Positions 1 through 10,219 of a stretch of 64,000 bases of DNA are shown piece after piece (within the stretch, counting starts at the first letter, position 1; each line of letters starts with the position of its first letter). Source of the stretch: Candidatus Woesebacteria bacterium (GTDB lineage Bacteria > Patescibacteriota > Microgenomatia > UBA8517); contig CP058602.1 of NCBI GenBank assembly GCA_013426185.1, forward strand, positions 206,873-270,872, in the 5' to 3' direction. The notes under the pieces were generated by a model. The model was not told the origin of the DNA. It made no database searches and worked only from the letters and a program-made list of their open reading frames with translations. Made by a program: the position numbers and the translations under genes.

Positions 1-900
1 CCATTTACCAAGTTCTATCTCAAGATTACATTTTTCAGCCACTTTTACTGTATTTTGGATGGCATCGGGCAGATCGGCAAAAAGACTTACCATTTCCTCG
101 GGAGTCTTCAAGTAAAAGTCCGGGGTGTCAACATATCTTAATCTCTTTTTATCATCCACAGTTTTACCGGTTGAAATACAAACCAGAGCGTCTTGAGCAA
201 CAGCATCTTCCTTCTTAATATAATGGACATCATTCGTGGCAATAAGTGGTATACCCAAATCACGGCTTAATTTGACCAAACCATCATTTACTTTTTCTTC
301 ATCTTTTGCTGATTTTTCTATATTGGCTTTAATTTCATTATCATCCTGCGTAAAAGATAAATAATCACGAAAGTTATGTCTTTGAATTTCAAGGTAGTAA
401 TCTTCTCCAAAAAGATCAAGATACCAACTTGCAACTTCACGAGCCTTGTTGTAATTATCTTCTTTTAACCAATACGAGACCTCTCCCTGCATACACCCTG
501 AGGAAACTATTAGCCCATCTTTGTATTTAGCTAAAATTTCCTTATCAATTCTCGGTTTATAATAAAACCCTTCAAGATGGGCAATTGATGAAAGCTCCAT
601 TAGATTCTCATAGCCCTGCTTGTTTTTAGATAAAAGTAGAAGATGATGTGTTTGCCCCTTTGAACCCTCTTCCTTCTTTAGACTCTCAGTAATATAAGCT
701 TCCATACCAATTATCGGTTTTATTTCTTGTTCTTTTGCTTTTTTATAAAATTCTATAGCTCCATAAAGAACGCCATGATCAGTTATGGCTACAGCATCCC
801 CTCCCTGATTTTTGACCGCACTAACAAGATCTTTTATACGACTCAAGCCGTCAAGAAGCGAGTATTCAGTGTGGACATGAAGGTGAACAAATCTTGTCAT
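1..900 (-). CDS. dnaE: DNA polymerase III alpha subunit, N-terminal PHP domain (partial; continues beyond window start)
   Basis: Minus-strand translation from the ATG at 898-900 begins MTRFVHLHVHTEYSLLDGLSRIKDLV, then AITDHGVLYGAIEFYKKA. This is the canonical PHP-domain N-terminus of DnaE/PolC-type polymerases. The ORF is open to the window edge. Confidence 0.8.
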   Translation of the reverse strand, partial: MTRFVHLHVHTEYSLLDGLSRIKDLVSAVKNQGGDAVAITDHGVLYGAIEFYKKAKEQEIKPIIGMEAYITESLKKEEGSKGQTHHLLLLSKNKQGYENLMELSSIAHLEGFYYKPRIDKEILAKYKDGLIVSSGCMQGEVSYWLKEDNYNKAREVASWYLDLFGEDYYLEIQRHNFRDYLSFTQDDNEIKANIEKSAKDEEKVNDGLVKLSRDLGIPLIATNDVHYIKKEDAVAQDALVCISTGKTVDDKKRLRYVDTPDFYLKTPEEMVSLFADLPDAIQNTVKVAEKCNLEIELGKW

Positions 901-929
901 GTTTTTTATTATCCCAACAAAATAGCTGT

Positions 930-1604
930 TTATGATAGATCTTTATCTACATTAACAAAAAGACTACTTCCAACTGCTCTTCCGGTTTCATCAACTCCCC
1001 CTTTCCTTTTAATATCCTCCATCTTATCAATTACAAACTTGATTTTCTCTTTTATTTTCTCTTCGTCTAAACCCTCTACTAAAGAAAAACCCACATGCAA
1101 ATTTACCCCTTCTTGCCTTTTTTGAATAATCCTCTCAATCACAGAGGAGGGGTCAGGATTGTCATCCATATCCAAAAGTATAAAAAGCACAAATTCATCT
1201 CCCGACCATCTGCAGGCTAAATCATAATCCCTCATATTCTCTCTTAAAAGAACCCCAAGCGAAGCTAAAACCTGATCAGCCCCTTCATGGCCAAGTTCCT
1301 CGTTCATTCTCTTTAGCCCTATCACATCAATCCCCACTACCAAAGCTTGATAGTTTCTATCCTGCCTTTTTGCAAAAGAAACAATTCTATCCACTTCTTC
1401 AAAAAAGGCCTTTGGTCTATAAAGACCGGTTAAAGAATCAACCCTAGACTCCCTTAACAACTTTTCCAAAACCTCAAGCAGCATTGTTCCTTGCTCGGTC
1501 TCCAAGACAGGAATTCCTTGAATTTCAGCACTTCCTACAGTCTTGTTAGCAATTTTAGCAGCCTCGTGTTGTAAGTCTAAATCCCGATTGTTATTCCCTT
1601 CCAT
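930..1604 (-). CDS. GGDEF-domain protein (putative diguanylate cyclase; signature reads SGDEF, with an RxxD I-site)
   Basis: The 224-aa product carries DSLTGLYRPKAF, GIDVIGLKRMNEELGHEGADQVL and RDYDLACRWSGDEFVLFIL. RDYD (an RxxD I-site) lies 5 residues before SGDEF. Confidence 0.7.
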   Translation of the reverse strand: MEGNNNRDLDLQHEAAKIANKTVGSAEIQGIPVLETEQGTMLLEVLEKLLRESRVDSLTGLYRPKAFFEEVDRIVSFAKRQDRNYQALVVGIDVIGLKRMNEELGHEGADQVLASLGVLLRENMRDYDLACRWSGDEFVLFILLDMDDNPDPSSVIERIIQKRQEGVNLHVGFSLVEGLDEEKIKEKIKFVIDKMEDIKRKGGVDETGRAVGSSLFVNVDKDLS

Positions 1605-1610
1605 AATTTC

Positions 1611-2939
1611 TTATAGATTATCCTTTAATAAACTTTCAATAGTCTTTATCTCCCCTCTTCCTTTCAATTTCTTCTGCACCATTCCAATCAAATAGCCAAG
1701 TACTCGGCCATTGCCAGCTTGGAAATCAGCTACTGCTTTCCTTTCCTCCATTATAACCTCAAGAACAGCATTTTTTGTTTCCTCATAAGAAGCAAAATCT
1801 CTTTTCATCAATTCTACTGCTTTCTTTACAAGACCAGCCGGTTCAGGAAAAGCATCCTGCATCTTTTTATTGATAATCAAATCAGCCAGAAACCTAGGCG
1901 AGATACCATGTTCTTTACCAAGCCTTACAGCTTCTTCAAAATAAGAAGCTTTTTCCAAGTCAGAAACAAGAATTTCAGCGTAATTGACGGGGATACCAAA
2001 ATCCGACACAAGCCGTTCTTTCTTTTGGCGCGGCAGTTCAGGAACTTGCCTCCTTATCCTTTCTATCTCCTCTACCTCAAACCTAAGAGGAGGAATATCA
2101 GGCTCCGGAAAATATCTATAGTCTTGAGCTTCTTCCTTAGTTCTCTGAGAAAAAGTTAAATTTGTTTCTTCGTTATAACCCCTTGTCTCCTGAATAGGTT
2201 TTATACCACTTACCAAAAGTTCAGTCTGTCTCTTAATCTCAGCTGCTATTGCTTTTTCCAGAAAACGAAAGGAGTTAATATTCTTAAGTTCTACCTTGTA
2301 ATCAGGCAAAAATTCTTTAGAGTCGCTTTTTCTCTTAACCGAGATATTTGCCTCAAGTCTCATTGACCCTTTTTCCATATCAGCGGTTGAAATTCCTAAA
2401 TACCTCACAACTAGCTGAACATTTCTCAAAAATTCACTAACCTCGTCAGGTTTATCAAAATCAGGTTCTGTCACCATTTCCATCAAGGCAACACCGCTTC
2501 TGTTGTAATCAATAAGACTTACACTTTCTCCATTCACTTTTTGATGCACCAATTTTGCTGTATCTTCTTCCAGATGTACCCTCCTTATTCTAATTTCCTT
2601 TCCATTCTCCAGAATCCACTTTCCAGAATAACAAAGCGGCAAATCATACTGACTAATCTGATACCCCTTGGGTAAATCCGGATAAAAATAATGCTTGCGG
2701 TCAAATTTACTCAACAAATTAATTTGACAACCAAAAGCAAGACCAAATTTTATGGTATCAAAAATAGCCTCTTTATTAGCGTAAGGCAAAGCTCCCGGCA
2801 AGCCCAGACAAACAGGACACACCTGGGTATTTGGCTTTTTAGCAAAGTGATCTGCTGGACAACGGCAAAACATCTTGCTTTTTGTTGCAAGCTCGACATG
2901 AACCTCAAGGCCAATTACTGGAATAAAATTATCCTCCAA
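1611..2939 (-). CDS. gatB: Asp/Glu-tRNA(Asn/Gln) amidotransferase subunit B
   Basis: 442 aa. The N-terminus [29 protein letters not shown] is typical of GatB, and the C-terminal GatB/YqeY domain is present. Confidence 0.9.
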   Translation of the reverse strand: MEDNFIPVIGLEVHVELATKSKMFCRCPADHFAKKPNTQVCPVCLGLPGALPYANKEAIFDTIKFGLAFGCQINLLSKFDRKHYFYPDLPKGYQISQYDLPLCYSGKWILENGKEIRIRRVHLEEDTAKLVHQKVNGESVSLIDYNRSGVALMEMVTEPDFDKPDEVSEFLRNVQLVVRYLGISTADMEKGSMRLEANISVKRKSDSKEFLPDYKVELKNINSFRFLEKAIAAEIKRQTELLVSGIKPIQETRGYNEETNLTFSQRTKEEAQDYRYFPEPDIPPLRFEVEEIERIRRQVPELPRQKKERLVSDFGIPVNYAEILVSDLEKASYFEEAVRLGKEHGISPRFLADLIINKKMQDAFPEPAGLVKKAVELMKRDFASYEETKNAVLEVIMEERKAVADFQAGNGRVLGYLIGMVQKKLKGRGEIKTIESLLKDNL

Positions 2940-4173
2940 TTAAATCATCTCCTTTCTCTTTTAAGAATACACCAGCTGCAAAACTTGACGCAGCAATTAT
3001 TAAGAGCAAAAACCTTACTCCCAGAAACTCAGTAAAAGCGCCGGAAAAAATTACAGGGAATATGCTGGCTGCTGTTACCAAAAACCAGAAATTACCAAAG
3101 ATGCGCCCTCGCAAACCCCCCGGCACAACTTCCTGCAAAAAGGTTTGCGCTGAGACTATTATCCCACTGAAAGATAAACCTAAAACCACAAGTAAAAGAG
3201 AGGAAACAACAACTTTCCAAAACCCGGCTACCCAAACAAATAAAAAAGAAAAAAGAAGAAAAGAAAGTCCCATCAAGACAAAAGATATCTCAACCACTTT
3301 CTTCTTTCTGACCTTTTTCTTCTTGAATAAAGAAGGAATCAAAAAAGCTCCAAGTGCAGCTCCAACTCCGGCAGGAACTATTATCATAACACCAGCCTTA
3401 TCGTAATGAACTGACAAAATCTCGCTTGCCACCAAGGGAATATTAACCACAATAATAGCAAGTCCTATTTGCATCACCAAAAGCAATAAAAATGGGAAAA
3501 GAACCTTATTATTAGCCTTGATGAAATCGTATCCTTCCTTAATCCTTACAAAGAAGTCAAAAATCAATTTATCAAAACTCCCGCCCTTCATCTTACCCAC
3601 TCTCATTTTGGGTAAGTAAGAAACACTCACAAAAGCAATAAAGAGGAACAAAGAGCATAAAATCAAAGAATTTCTAAAACCAAAGAATTGATTCAAGACA
3701 CCAGCAAATCCAAAACCAACAATTAATGAAAACTGCTGAGTCAAAAAGAAAAGCCCGTTGGCAAAAGGCAAACCACTTTTATTAACCAAAGACGGCAAAG
3801 ATGCAGCTTCGGAAGGAACGTAAAACTGATTCAAAAATGAATAAGCCAAAGCCACACCATAGAGCAAAAAAACTCTAAAATTAAATGTAAATGCATAAAC
3901 CAAAATAACTAAAAATTGTAAGAAATTAGTAATCATCAAAAGCCTTTTCCTATCTGCCATATCAACATAAGCTGAGGCAAAAGGACCAATCAAAATAGCA
4001 GGCAAAGAGTAAGCTACCCAAAGAAAAGAAGTAGCTATACTTGAATTGGTAAGAGAAAAAAGGCGAGTCAAAAGCAAAAAATTCATCACATTGATAGCCA
4101 GTTGAGACAAAATTTGCGAAGTCCACAAATAAACAAAATTCCTGTTACTAACTAAAAACTTATACTCTTTCAT
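2929..4173 (-). CDS. MFS-type transporter (12 predicted TM helices)
   Basis: 414-aa, highly hydrophobic polytopic protein with MFS-like topology. Its start overlaps the gatA stop (ATGA) and its end overlaps the gatB start. Confidence 0.6.
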   Translation of the reverse strand: MKEYKFLVSNRNFVYLWTSQILSQLAINVMNFLLLTRLFSLTNSSIATSFLWVAYSLPAILIGPFASAYVDMADRKRLLMITNFLQFLVILVYAFTFNFRVFLLYGVALAYSFLNQFYVPSEAASLPSLVNKSGLPFANGLFFLTQQFSLIVGFGFAGVLNQFFGFRNSLILCSLFLFIAFVSVSYLPKMRVGKMKGGSFDKLIFDFFVRIKEGYDFIKANNKVLFPFLLLLVMQIGLAIIVVNIPLVASEILSVHYDKAGVMIIVPAGVGAALGAFLIPSLFKKKKVRKKKVVEISFVLMGLSFLLFSFLFVWVAGFWKVVVSSLLLVVLGLSFSGIIVSAQTFLQEVVPGGLRGRIFGNFWFLVTAASIFPVIFSGAFTEFLGVRFLLLIIAASSFAAGVFLKEKGDDLIGG

Positions 4174-5582
4174 ATTATTTTCGCAACCTGCGGTTTGTAA
4201 TCTATAAATCGGTGATATTCAAGAGCACTAGCAAACAAAAGTTCTTCTGAAAATTTTGGCCCCATTATCTGAAAACCGAAAGGAAGATTGTCTTTATTAA
4301 AACCAGAAGGCACAGCTAGAGAAGGAATGCCACATAAATTAGCAGTCGCAGCATAAATATCGGTTAAGTACATTTTTAGAGGATCGTTGACTTTTTCCCC
4401 AAGTTTGAAAGGCAAACTAGGAGCAACAGGAGCAAGAATTAGATCTACATCTTCAAAAGCTCTATCCACCTCTTCTATTATCACAGATCTAACTTTCATG
4501 GCTTTAAGATAATAAGCATCATAATATCCAGCCGAAAGAACATAAGAACCAAGCATTATTCTTCTTTTTGCCTCATCACCAAAGAAGCTTCTATCCTTGC
4601 CATAGCGAACACCATCATAACGCGAAAGATTTGACGAAACTTCGGCTGGCTGAATTATATAATAAACGGAAATTCCATACTTAGTATGAGGTAAAGAAAT
4701 CTCCATGATTTTGTTACCCATTTTTTCAAAAGTCTTCGCAGCCTCAAGAACACCATCTCTCACATCATCTTCAAGTCCTTCTCCCAAAAATTCTTTTGGC
4801 AAGCCTATTTTAAGACCTTTGCTTTTAGGTTGATAAGGCTTATGAAGAGAACTTAGAGTTGAATCATGGCCATCTATTCCCCGAGTAACCTCAAAGACTT
4901 TCCTAACATCACTAACAACACGCCCAAAATGGCCAATACTGTCAAGAGACGAGGCCATAGCAATAATTCCAAACCTTGAAACCGAACCATAAGTCGGTTT
5001 TAAACCTAAAACTCCACAATAATTTGCAGGCAACCTAATAGAACCGCAAGTATCAGTCCCTGTTGAAATTAAGGAAAAATCGGCCGCTAAGCTTGCTGCT
5101 GATCCGCTTGAAGATCCACCGGGGACCAATTTTTTGTTCCATGGGTTTTTAGTTGGCCCAAAATCTGAATTTTCCCCAGATGAACCATGAGCCCAAGCGT
5201 CTTGGTTAGCCTTGCCAAGAGTAATACATCCTGCTTTCTCAAGCCTTTCAACCACAGTTGCCGAGTAGGCAGGAACATAATCTTCAAGCACATGAGAAGC
5301 TGCAGTAGTTCTTATTCCCTTTGTTAAAAACATATCTTTATGAATCACCGTCACCCCAAGCAAAGGAAACTCTTCAAAAGCTTTATCTCCCAGTTCTTTA
5401 ATTAACTTGTCAGCTTTTCTGGCCTGACTGTAAGCCAACTCGCTTGAAACAGTAAGAACGGCATTTATTTCAGGATTAAATTTATCAATTCTCTCAAGGT
5501 AATAATCAACAAGATCAACACAACTTAGATCTTTTTTCTTCAAAGCCTCTTGAGTTTCTTGAATTGTCAAAGGTACTTTCAT
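4170..5582 (-). CDS. gatA: Glu-tRNA(Gln) amidotransferase subunit A (amidase signature family)
   Basis: 470 aa. Amidase signature GGSSSGSAASLAADFSLISTGTDTCGSIRLPANYCGVLGLKPTYG. Ends with a TGA stop. Confidence 0.9.
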   Translation of the reverse strand: MKVPLTIQETQEALKKKDLSCVDLVDYYLERIDKFNPEINAVLTVSSELAYSQARKADKLIKELGDKAFEEFPLLGVTVIHKDMFLTKGIRTTAASHVLEDYVPAYSATVVERLEKAGCITLGKANQDAWAHGSSGENSDFGPTKNPWNKKLVPGGSSSGSAASLAADFSLISTGTDTCGSIRLPANYCGVLGLKPTYGSVSRFGIIAMASSLDSIGHFGRVVSDVRKVFEVTRGIDGHDSTLSSLHKPYQPKSKGLKIGLPKEFLGEGLEDDVRDGVLEAAKTFEKMGNKIMEISLPHTKYGISVYYIIQPAEVSSNLSRYDGVRYGKDRSFFGDEAKRRIMLGSYVLSAGYYDAYYLKAMKVRSVIIEEVDRAFEDVDLILAPVAPSLPFKLGEKVNDPLKMYLTDIYAATANLCGIPSLAVPSGFNKDNLPFGFQIMGPKFSEELLFASALEYHRFIDYKPQVAKII

Positions 5583-5585
5583 AAC

Positions 5586-5894
5586 TTATTTTTCTCCCCT
5601 TTCCGAAAGAAGTGCTTTTACTTTAAAATAACCGGCATATTGATTATCAGTAGAAAAGAAAACCTCTTCTTCTCTAAGACCTGGTGAAACTTCGTCATTA
5701 CGCCAGATGTTGTTAAGACCTGTTGTTTGACTAGTTGGCTCAACTTTGCTGGTATCAACCTCAGAAAGCTGATTCACAAAATCAACAACCGAAGAGAGTT
5801 GTTTTTTGAATTTTTTTACCTCAGACAAAGAGAGATCAAGACGAGAAAGTTTGGCAATATGTTTTATATCATTGTCCGTAAGTGATGCCATCAC
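5586..5894 (-). CDS. gatC: Glu-tRNA(Gln) amidotransferase subunit C
   Basis: 102 aa; contains DIKHIAKLSRLDLSLSEVKKF and sits immediately upstream of gatA. Confidence 0.75.
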   Translation of the reverse strand: MMASLTDNDIKHIAKLSRLDLSLSEVKKFKKQLSSVVDFVNQLSEVDTSKVEPTSQTTGLNNIWRNDEVSPGLREEEVFFSTDNQYAGYFKVKALLSERGEK

Positions 5895-5931
5895 AAGAAT
5901 AATATAACCTAAAGAAAGCTAAGGCAAGAAG

Positions 5932-6855
5932 TTAAATCATCTTTTCCAGGGCTTTAATTCTCTCCTCAATCGGCGGATGGGTATTAAAAAGCCCAGAGAA
6001 CCAATCTACTGCACCACGAGCTTTTTCTTTGAAAGGATTGACAATAAAAAGGTGGGCAGTTGCTTTGTTGGCAACTTCCAAAGGTTCGCTATCTTTTGAA
6101 ATTTTATAAAGAGCAGAAATTAAACCCGAAGGTTGCCTTGTAATAGCAACAGCTGAAGCATCAGCTAAAAACTCACGCCTTCTTGAAATAGCTAGCCTGA
6201 TAAGCTGAGCAATCAAAGGAGAAATAATAGCAAACAAGATACCAAGTATCACGAATAAAGCGCCAGCGCTATTTCTCTCATCCCTATTACCTCGGTAAAA
6301 AGCTCCTCTCAAAAACATATCAGCCAAAAGGGAAACCGAGCCTACAAGCACCGAAACAACAGACATCAAAAGAATGTCGTAGTTTTTAATATGAGAAAGC
6401 TCATGGGCAACAACTCCTTCAAGTTCGGTTCTATCAAGTTTTTCCAAAAGGCCACGAGTAGCACAAACTACGGCTTTTTCAGGACTCCTGCCTGTCGCAA
6501 AAGCGTTAGTAGCACTATCCTCAATAACATAAAGAGCGGGTTTTGGCAAACCAGCCGCTAAACTCAAATTTTCAGCAACGGTATAAAAAAGAAAATCCCT
6601 TTTTCTATCTGCCGGACGGGCCCCAGAAATAGTTAAGATAATACGATCAGAAAAATAATAACCCAAAAAGGTGGTTAGACCAGAAATAATAAGAGCAATA
6701 CCAGAAACCCCAAGCCACGAAACCTCATATCCTAAGTAGTAAACCATAGCTGAAGCAATAAAATAAGTTGCGAAAGCCACAAAAACAACAAAAAAAGAAA
6801 CAACCAAGAAACTCTTTCTCTTGTTATTTGATGTCACCTCGTAGATATTCTCCAT
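5932..6855 (-). CDS. htpX: Zn-dependent membrane protease HtpX (M48)
   Basis: 307 aa with N-terminal TM helices, an HELSHIKNYD zincin motif and M48 topology. Confidence 0.85.
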   Translation of the reverse strand: MENIYEVTSNNKRKSFLVVSFFVVFVAFATYFIASAMVYYLGYEVSWLGVSGIALIISGLTTFLGYYFSDRIILTISGARPADRKRDFLFYTVAENLSLAAGLPKPALYVIEDSATNAFATGRSPEKAVVCATRGLLEKLDRTELEGVVAHELSHIKNYDILLMSVVSVLVGSVSLLADMFLRGAFYRGNRDERNSAGALFVILGILFAIISPLIAQLIRLAISRRREFLADASAVAITRQPSGLISALYKISKDSEPLEVANKATAHLFIVNPFKEKARGAVDWFSGLFNTHPPIEERIKALEKMI

Positions 6856-6917
6856 AACAACAAGATTATATCATTTTTAAGCAATTACTTTACTAAGAAA
6901 ATACGAGAAGGTCAAAG

Positions 6918-7499
6918 TTATAGTTTCACTCTTGGCGCCTTCAAATCTTCTGCCTTGACCTCAACGTGTTCCCCCTCTGTTGGTGTTATCAAACCAGGCT
7001 GTTCTTTAAACCCAAAGATAGCTGCCACCAAATTAGATGGAAAAGAAACGCGCTTGACATTATAGTCGGCTGTTAAATCAATAACCAACCTTCTTGCATA
7101 CATCACTTTATCTGATGTGTCACGCAACTCATCCATTAACTTGCTAACAACTTCAGAACCCTTAATTTCAGGATTTGATTCAACCAATACCTGAATTTTT
7201 GGAAGAACAGCAGCAAGCTTACTGCCTGCTTCTGCCATTTCACTAACATCTTGAGATTTAACTGCTGCTTCAACTGCTTTCCTCGCATCAGTTAAAGACT
7301 TGAAAATTTCCTTCTCGTGCGAAAGATAGGCTTTAGCTGAAGCCTCAAGATTGGGTATCAAATCAGCTTGTCTTTTCAATTGATTGCCAATTTCCTGGAT
7401 CGAAGCCTTAATTCTAGCTTTGGTTGATACGAAAAAATTATAAGTATTAACCACCCACAAGAGTAAGGCAACCAAGACTGCAATTAACAAGTAGACCAT
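6918..7499 (-). CDS. lemA: LemA family protein
   Basis: 193 aa with one N-terminal TM helix followed by the LemA coiled domain. The LemA-HtpX adjacency is the classical arrangement. Confidence 0.75.
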   Translation of the reverse strand: MVYLLIAVLVALLLWVVNTYNFFVSTKARIKASIQEIGNQLKRQADLIPNLEASAKAYLSHEKEIFKSLTDARKAVEAAVKSQDVSEMAEAGSKLAAVLPKIQVLVESNPEIKGSEVVSKLMDELRDTSDKVMYARRLVIDLTADYNVKRVSFPSNLVAAIFGFKEQPGLITPTEGEHVEVKAEDLKAPRVKL

Positions 7500-7550
7500 T
7501 AATTATCACCACCTTTCTTGATTACATTCTAGAAGTAATACCACTTTTAA

Positions 7551-9377
7551 TCAAGAAGATAATTGCTTTTCAAATTCAGAAAGGCTAAGGCAGTTGATAA
7601 CATCAGCTTTAGTTGCCCAGCCACGTCTTGCAACCGATATTCCCCACTTCATATTGTCCAGGTTGTCCTTATGATGCGAATCAGTACCTAAAGTAAATTT
7701 AACACCAACACCCAAAGCCTCCTTAACCAAAAAATCAGGCAAATCAAGACGCATCGGATCGGCATTAATTTCCAACCACTTTTTATTTTTCACACAAAAT
7801 TCAAAAATTTTCATCCAATCAGCATCAACTCCTTCTCTCTCTCCTATCTTTCTTGCAGTAGGATGAGCTAGAATCTTAGCCTTGGGATGAGACAGTGCCA
7901 AGATTAATCTTTTAGTCACTTCTTCTTTTGATTGTCTAAAACTAGAATGAATAGAGACCAAAGCAAAATCAAGCAATTCCAAAGCCTCATCAGGAATAGA
8001 AAGTTTTCCATCAGGTAAGATATCTATTTCAAGGCTATTGAACACTTTTTTTACTCCAATATTTTTAGCTTTTTCCTCTGAACAATTAAATTGTTCTTTC
8101 TTGATTGTTGTTAATTTTTGATTTAATTCGGCGACCTTTTCTCTTTTTCTCTTCAAAATATCTAAAATTTGGAATTTAGAATGTCTGCTTTTTGAAGGGT
8201 TGTGCTCTGTAAAAGCAATATATTCATAATTCAAGCTTGATGCTTTCTTAACAATATCCTCCATTGACGACTCTCCCAGATCATGGCTTGTCTCAATATC
8301 AAAGTCTGAATGAATCTGTAAATCCGCCTTAACATCATCAAGAGTAATTAAATTAGGAAGCTTATGATTCTCAGCTGCTTCAATCTCACCTGTATCTTCA
8401 CGCAATTCCGGAGGAATAAAATCAAGTCCCAAAAAATTATAAAACGATTTTTCGTCTGCAAACTTCTTGAGAGTATTCTCACTTTTTATTTTTATTCCAT
8501 ACTCAGAAAGACTAAGCCCCTTCTTCAAGGCATATTCCCTCAAAGCTATATTGTGGTGTTTGGAACCTGTGAAATGCTGCAAAAGCGAACCGTAAGAATC
8601 AGGGTCAACTACCATCAAATCCACTTGAATATCAGAAGGCAGAAGAATTGAAGCTTTCTTTTCCCCCTTTTCTATAACCCGAACAATTTTAGGATAGGCA
8701 ACAAAATGCTCAATGACACGTGATTGATTTCTTGAAGCTACAGCTATATCTATGTCACCAATGGTTGAAACCTGCCTTCTCAAGCTTCCTAATGCGTCCA
8801 CACGAAGCGCGTATTTACTCTCCTTGATCCAGTTAATTACATTTTCTGCGATTTGGCTTGCATAAGGCAAGAGCATCCTTTTATCTCTGCCTTTAAACTC
8901 AGAAATTGCTTTAAGGATATCCTTTTGAGATTCTTCTCCAAAACCTTCAAGCAAAGCAATCTTTCCTTCCAAGGCCTTCTTTTCAAGATCAGAAATAGGA
9001 TCTTTTGACGAAGAAAGATCTAAATCCTGAACCAGTTTCAAGGCAGTTTTTGGTCCCACCCTTGGCAATTCCATAAGAACAAAAACAGCCTCAGGAATCC
9101 CCTTTGTGACTTCCTCAAAATGACGCGATCTCCCTGTCTTGAAAATTTCAGCCAAATGAGAAGCTATTGAAGAACCAACGCCAGGGATTTGATCTAATTT
9201 TCCTTCATCATAAAGGTCTTTTGCTTCGCTTGAAAGGTGTTCAATTGCACTAGCTGCACGATCATAAGCAATGATCTTAAATTTATTTTTATCAGGATCC
9301 TTTATTTGATAAGAAGCCGATATTGCTCTTAAGAGATTTGCAATTTGCAAATTATTCAAATTCTTATCAATTTTCAT
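7551..9377 (-). CDS. DNA polymerase X family protein with C-terminal PHP phosphoesterase domain
   Basis: A helix-hairpin-helix polymerase-beta-like N-terminal half (LDQIPGVGSSIASHLAEIF) is followed by a PHP domain (IHSDFDIETSHD ... HPTARKIGEREG). The likely start is the internal ATG at 9375-9377 (MKIDKNL) rather than the ORF-track start at 9425. Confidence 0.75.
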   Translation of the reverse strand: MKIDKNLNNLQIANLLRAISASYQIKDPDKNKFKIIAYDRAASAIEHLSSEAKDLYDEGKLDQIPGVGSSIASHLAEIFKTGRSRHFEEVTKGIPEAVFVLMELPRVGPKTALKLVQDLDLSSSKDPISDLEKKALEGKIALLEGFGEESQKDILKAISEFKGRDKRMLLPYASQIAENVINWIKESKYALRVDALGSLRRQVSTIGDIDIAVASRNQSRVIEHFVAYPKIVRVIEKGEKKASILLPSDIQVDLMVVDPDSYGSLLQHFTGSKHHNIALREYALKKGLSLSEYGIKIKSENTLKKFADEKSFYNFLGLDFIPPELREDTGEIEAAENHKLPNLITLDDVKADLQIHSDFDIETSHDLGESSMEDIVKKASSLNYEYIAFTEHNPSKSRHSKFQILDILKRKREKVAELNQKLTTIKKEQFNCSEEKAKNIGVKKVFNSLEIDILPDGKLSIPDEALELLDFALVSIHSSFRQSKEEVTKRLILALSHPKAKILAHPTARKIGEREGVDADWMKIFEFCVKNKKWLEINADPMRLDLPDFLVKEALGVGVKFTLGTDSHHKDNLDNMKWGISVARRGWATKADVINCLSLSEFEKQLSS

Positions 9378-9462
9378 TATTAATAAAATTATAGCAAAAC
9401 AATTTGCACTAAATATAAAAGCCACAGCTTAAAGCTATGGCTTTTAAAGACGTGGGGGGAAA

Positions 9463-9858
9463 CTATTCGCTAGTCCTCCCGTCAAATTCAGGCGCATCGG
9501 CTTCTGCTTCTTCTTTTGTAGCACGAACTACATCAAATCTGTGATGTGCCGGCGCATAAATTGTATAAAACTTAAGAGGCTCGTTCCCTGTATTAATCAC
9601 GTTGTGTCTAGCCCCAGCAGGAACTACTACAGCATCGCCATCTTTTACTTGATATTCATTTCCGTCAATTATCACCCTGCCTTCGCCTTCCTCAAAGCGG
9701 AAAAACTGATCATTTTCTTCGTGAATTTCTTCGCCTATTTCCTCTGATGGCTTTAAAGACATCAAAACCAGCTGGAGATGCTTGCCTGTATAAAGAACGC
9801 GACGATAATCGCTATTAGTCTCGGTAGCATTTTCTATATCGGTATGATAACCCTTCAT
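9463..9858 (-). CDS. Cupin-domain protein
   Basis: Cupin_2-like core GKHLQLVLMSLKPSEEIGEEIH. Start assigned to M14 (ATG 9856-9858) because a strong SD, AAGGGGGTGA, lies 7 nt upstream. Confidence 0.6.
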   Translation of the reverse strand: MKGYHTDIENATETNSDYRRVLYTGKHLQLVLMSLKPSEEIGEEIHEENDQFFRFEEGEGRVIIDGNEYQVKDGDAVVVPAGARHNVINTGNEPLKFYTIYAPAHHRFDVVRATKEEAEADAPEFDGRTSE

Positions 9859-9980
9859 ATTCTCACCCCCTTTCAAATTAAATATAACACAAGACAACTT
9901 AAGCGCAATAGCAAGCGATCACAATCTCTCGTAGAATAATTTATCCGTATACACGAATGCAAGTTGGATAAAAAATTGCG

Positions 9981-10056
9981 GGCGGGGCTGACGGGACTCG
10001 AACCCGCGACCTTCCGCGTGACAGGCGGACGCTCTGACCAACTGAGCTACAACCCC
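9981..10056 (-). tRNA. tRNA-Asp (anticodon GTC)
   Basis: The minus strand reads GGGGTTGTAGCTCAGTTGGTCAGAGCGTCCGCCTGTCACGCGGAAGGTCGCGGGTTCGAGTCCCGTCAGCCCCG. It has a 7-bp acceptor stem, a CTGTCAC anticodon loop and a GGTTCGAGTCC T-arm. CCA is not encoded. Confidence 0.85.
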
Positions 10057-10131
10057 AACAAGCTTATTTTATCATAAAAGATAAAAACAAAAAATACATT
10101 AAGGACAAGATCTCCCAAAAAATCATTGCTC

Positions 10132-10160
10132 TTGACAGAAACGAGTTTTTAATCTAAATT
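10132..10160 (+). promoter_or_regulatory. Sigma70-like promoter for the LysM gene (TTGACA - 17 nt - TAAATT)
   Basis: TTGACA at 10132-10137, a 17-nt spacer and TAAATT at 10155-10160, about 60 nt upstream of the start. The strong SD AAGGGGGTGA at 10204-10213 precedes the TTG start. Confidence 0.4.
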
Positions 10161-10219
10161 CAACCTTAGATTAAAACCTGCTTTTCTCCTGCCCCAGAAA
10201 GATAAGGGGGTGAAAAAAA

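Noticed and set aside
727-1125. Plus-strand 132-aa ORF and similar short antisense ORFs (1719-2159, 2691-3035, 3062-3406, 5087-5293, 8364-8651, 9541-9747, 24326-24931, 29445-31239, 32040-32495, 40371-40955, 47124-47427, 48429-49268, 49625-49954, 53135-53380, 55136-55345, 60714-61064, etc.)
   Set aside because: All lie antisense or out of frame within strongly supported genes. They have low-complexity or hydrophobic junk translations and no independent signals.
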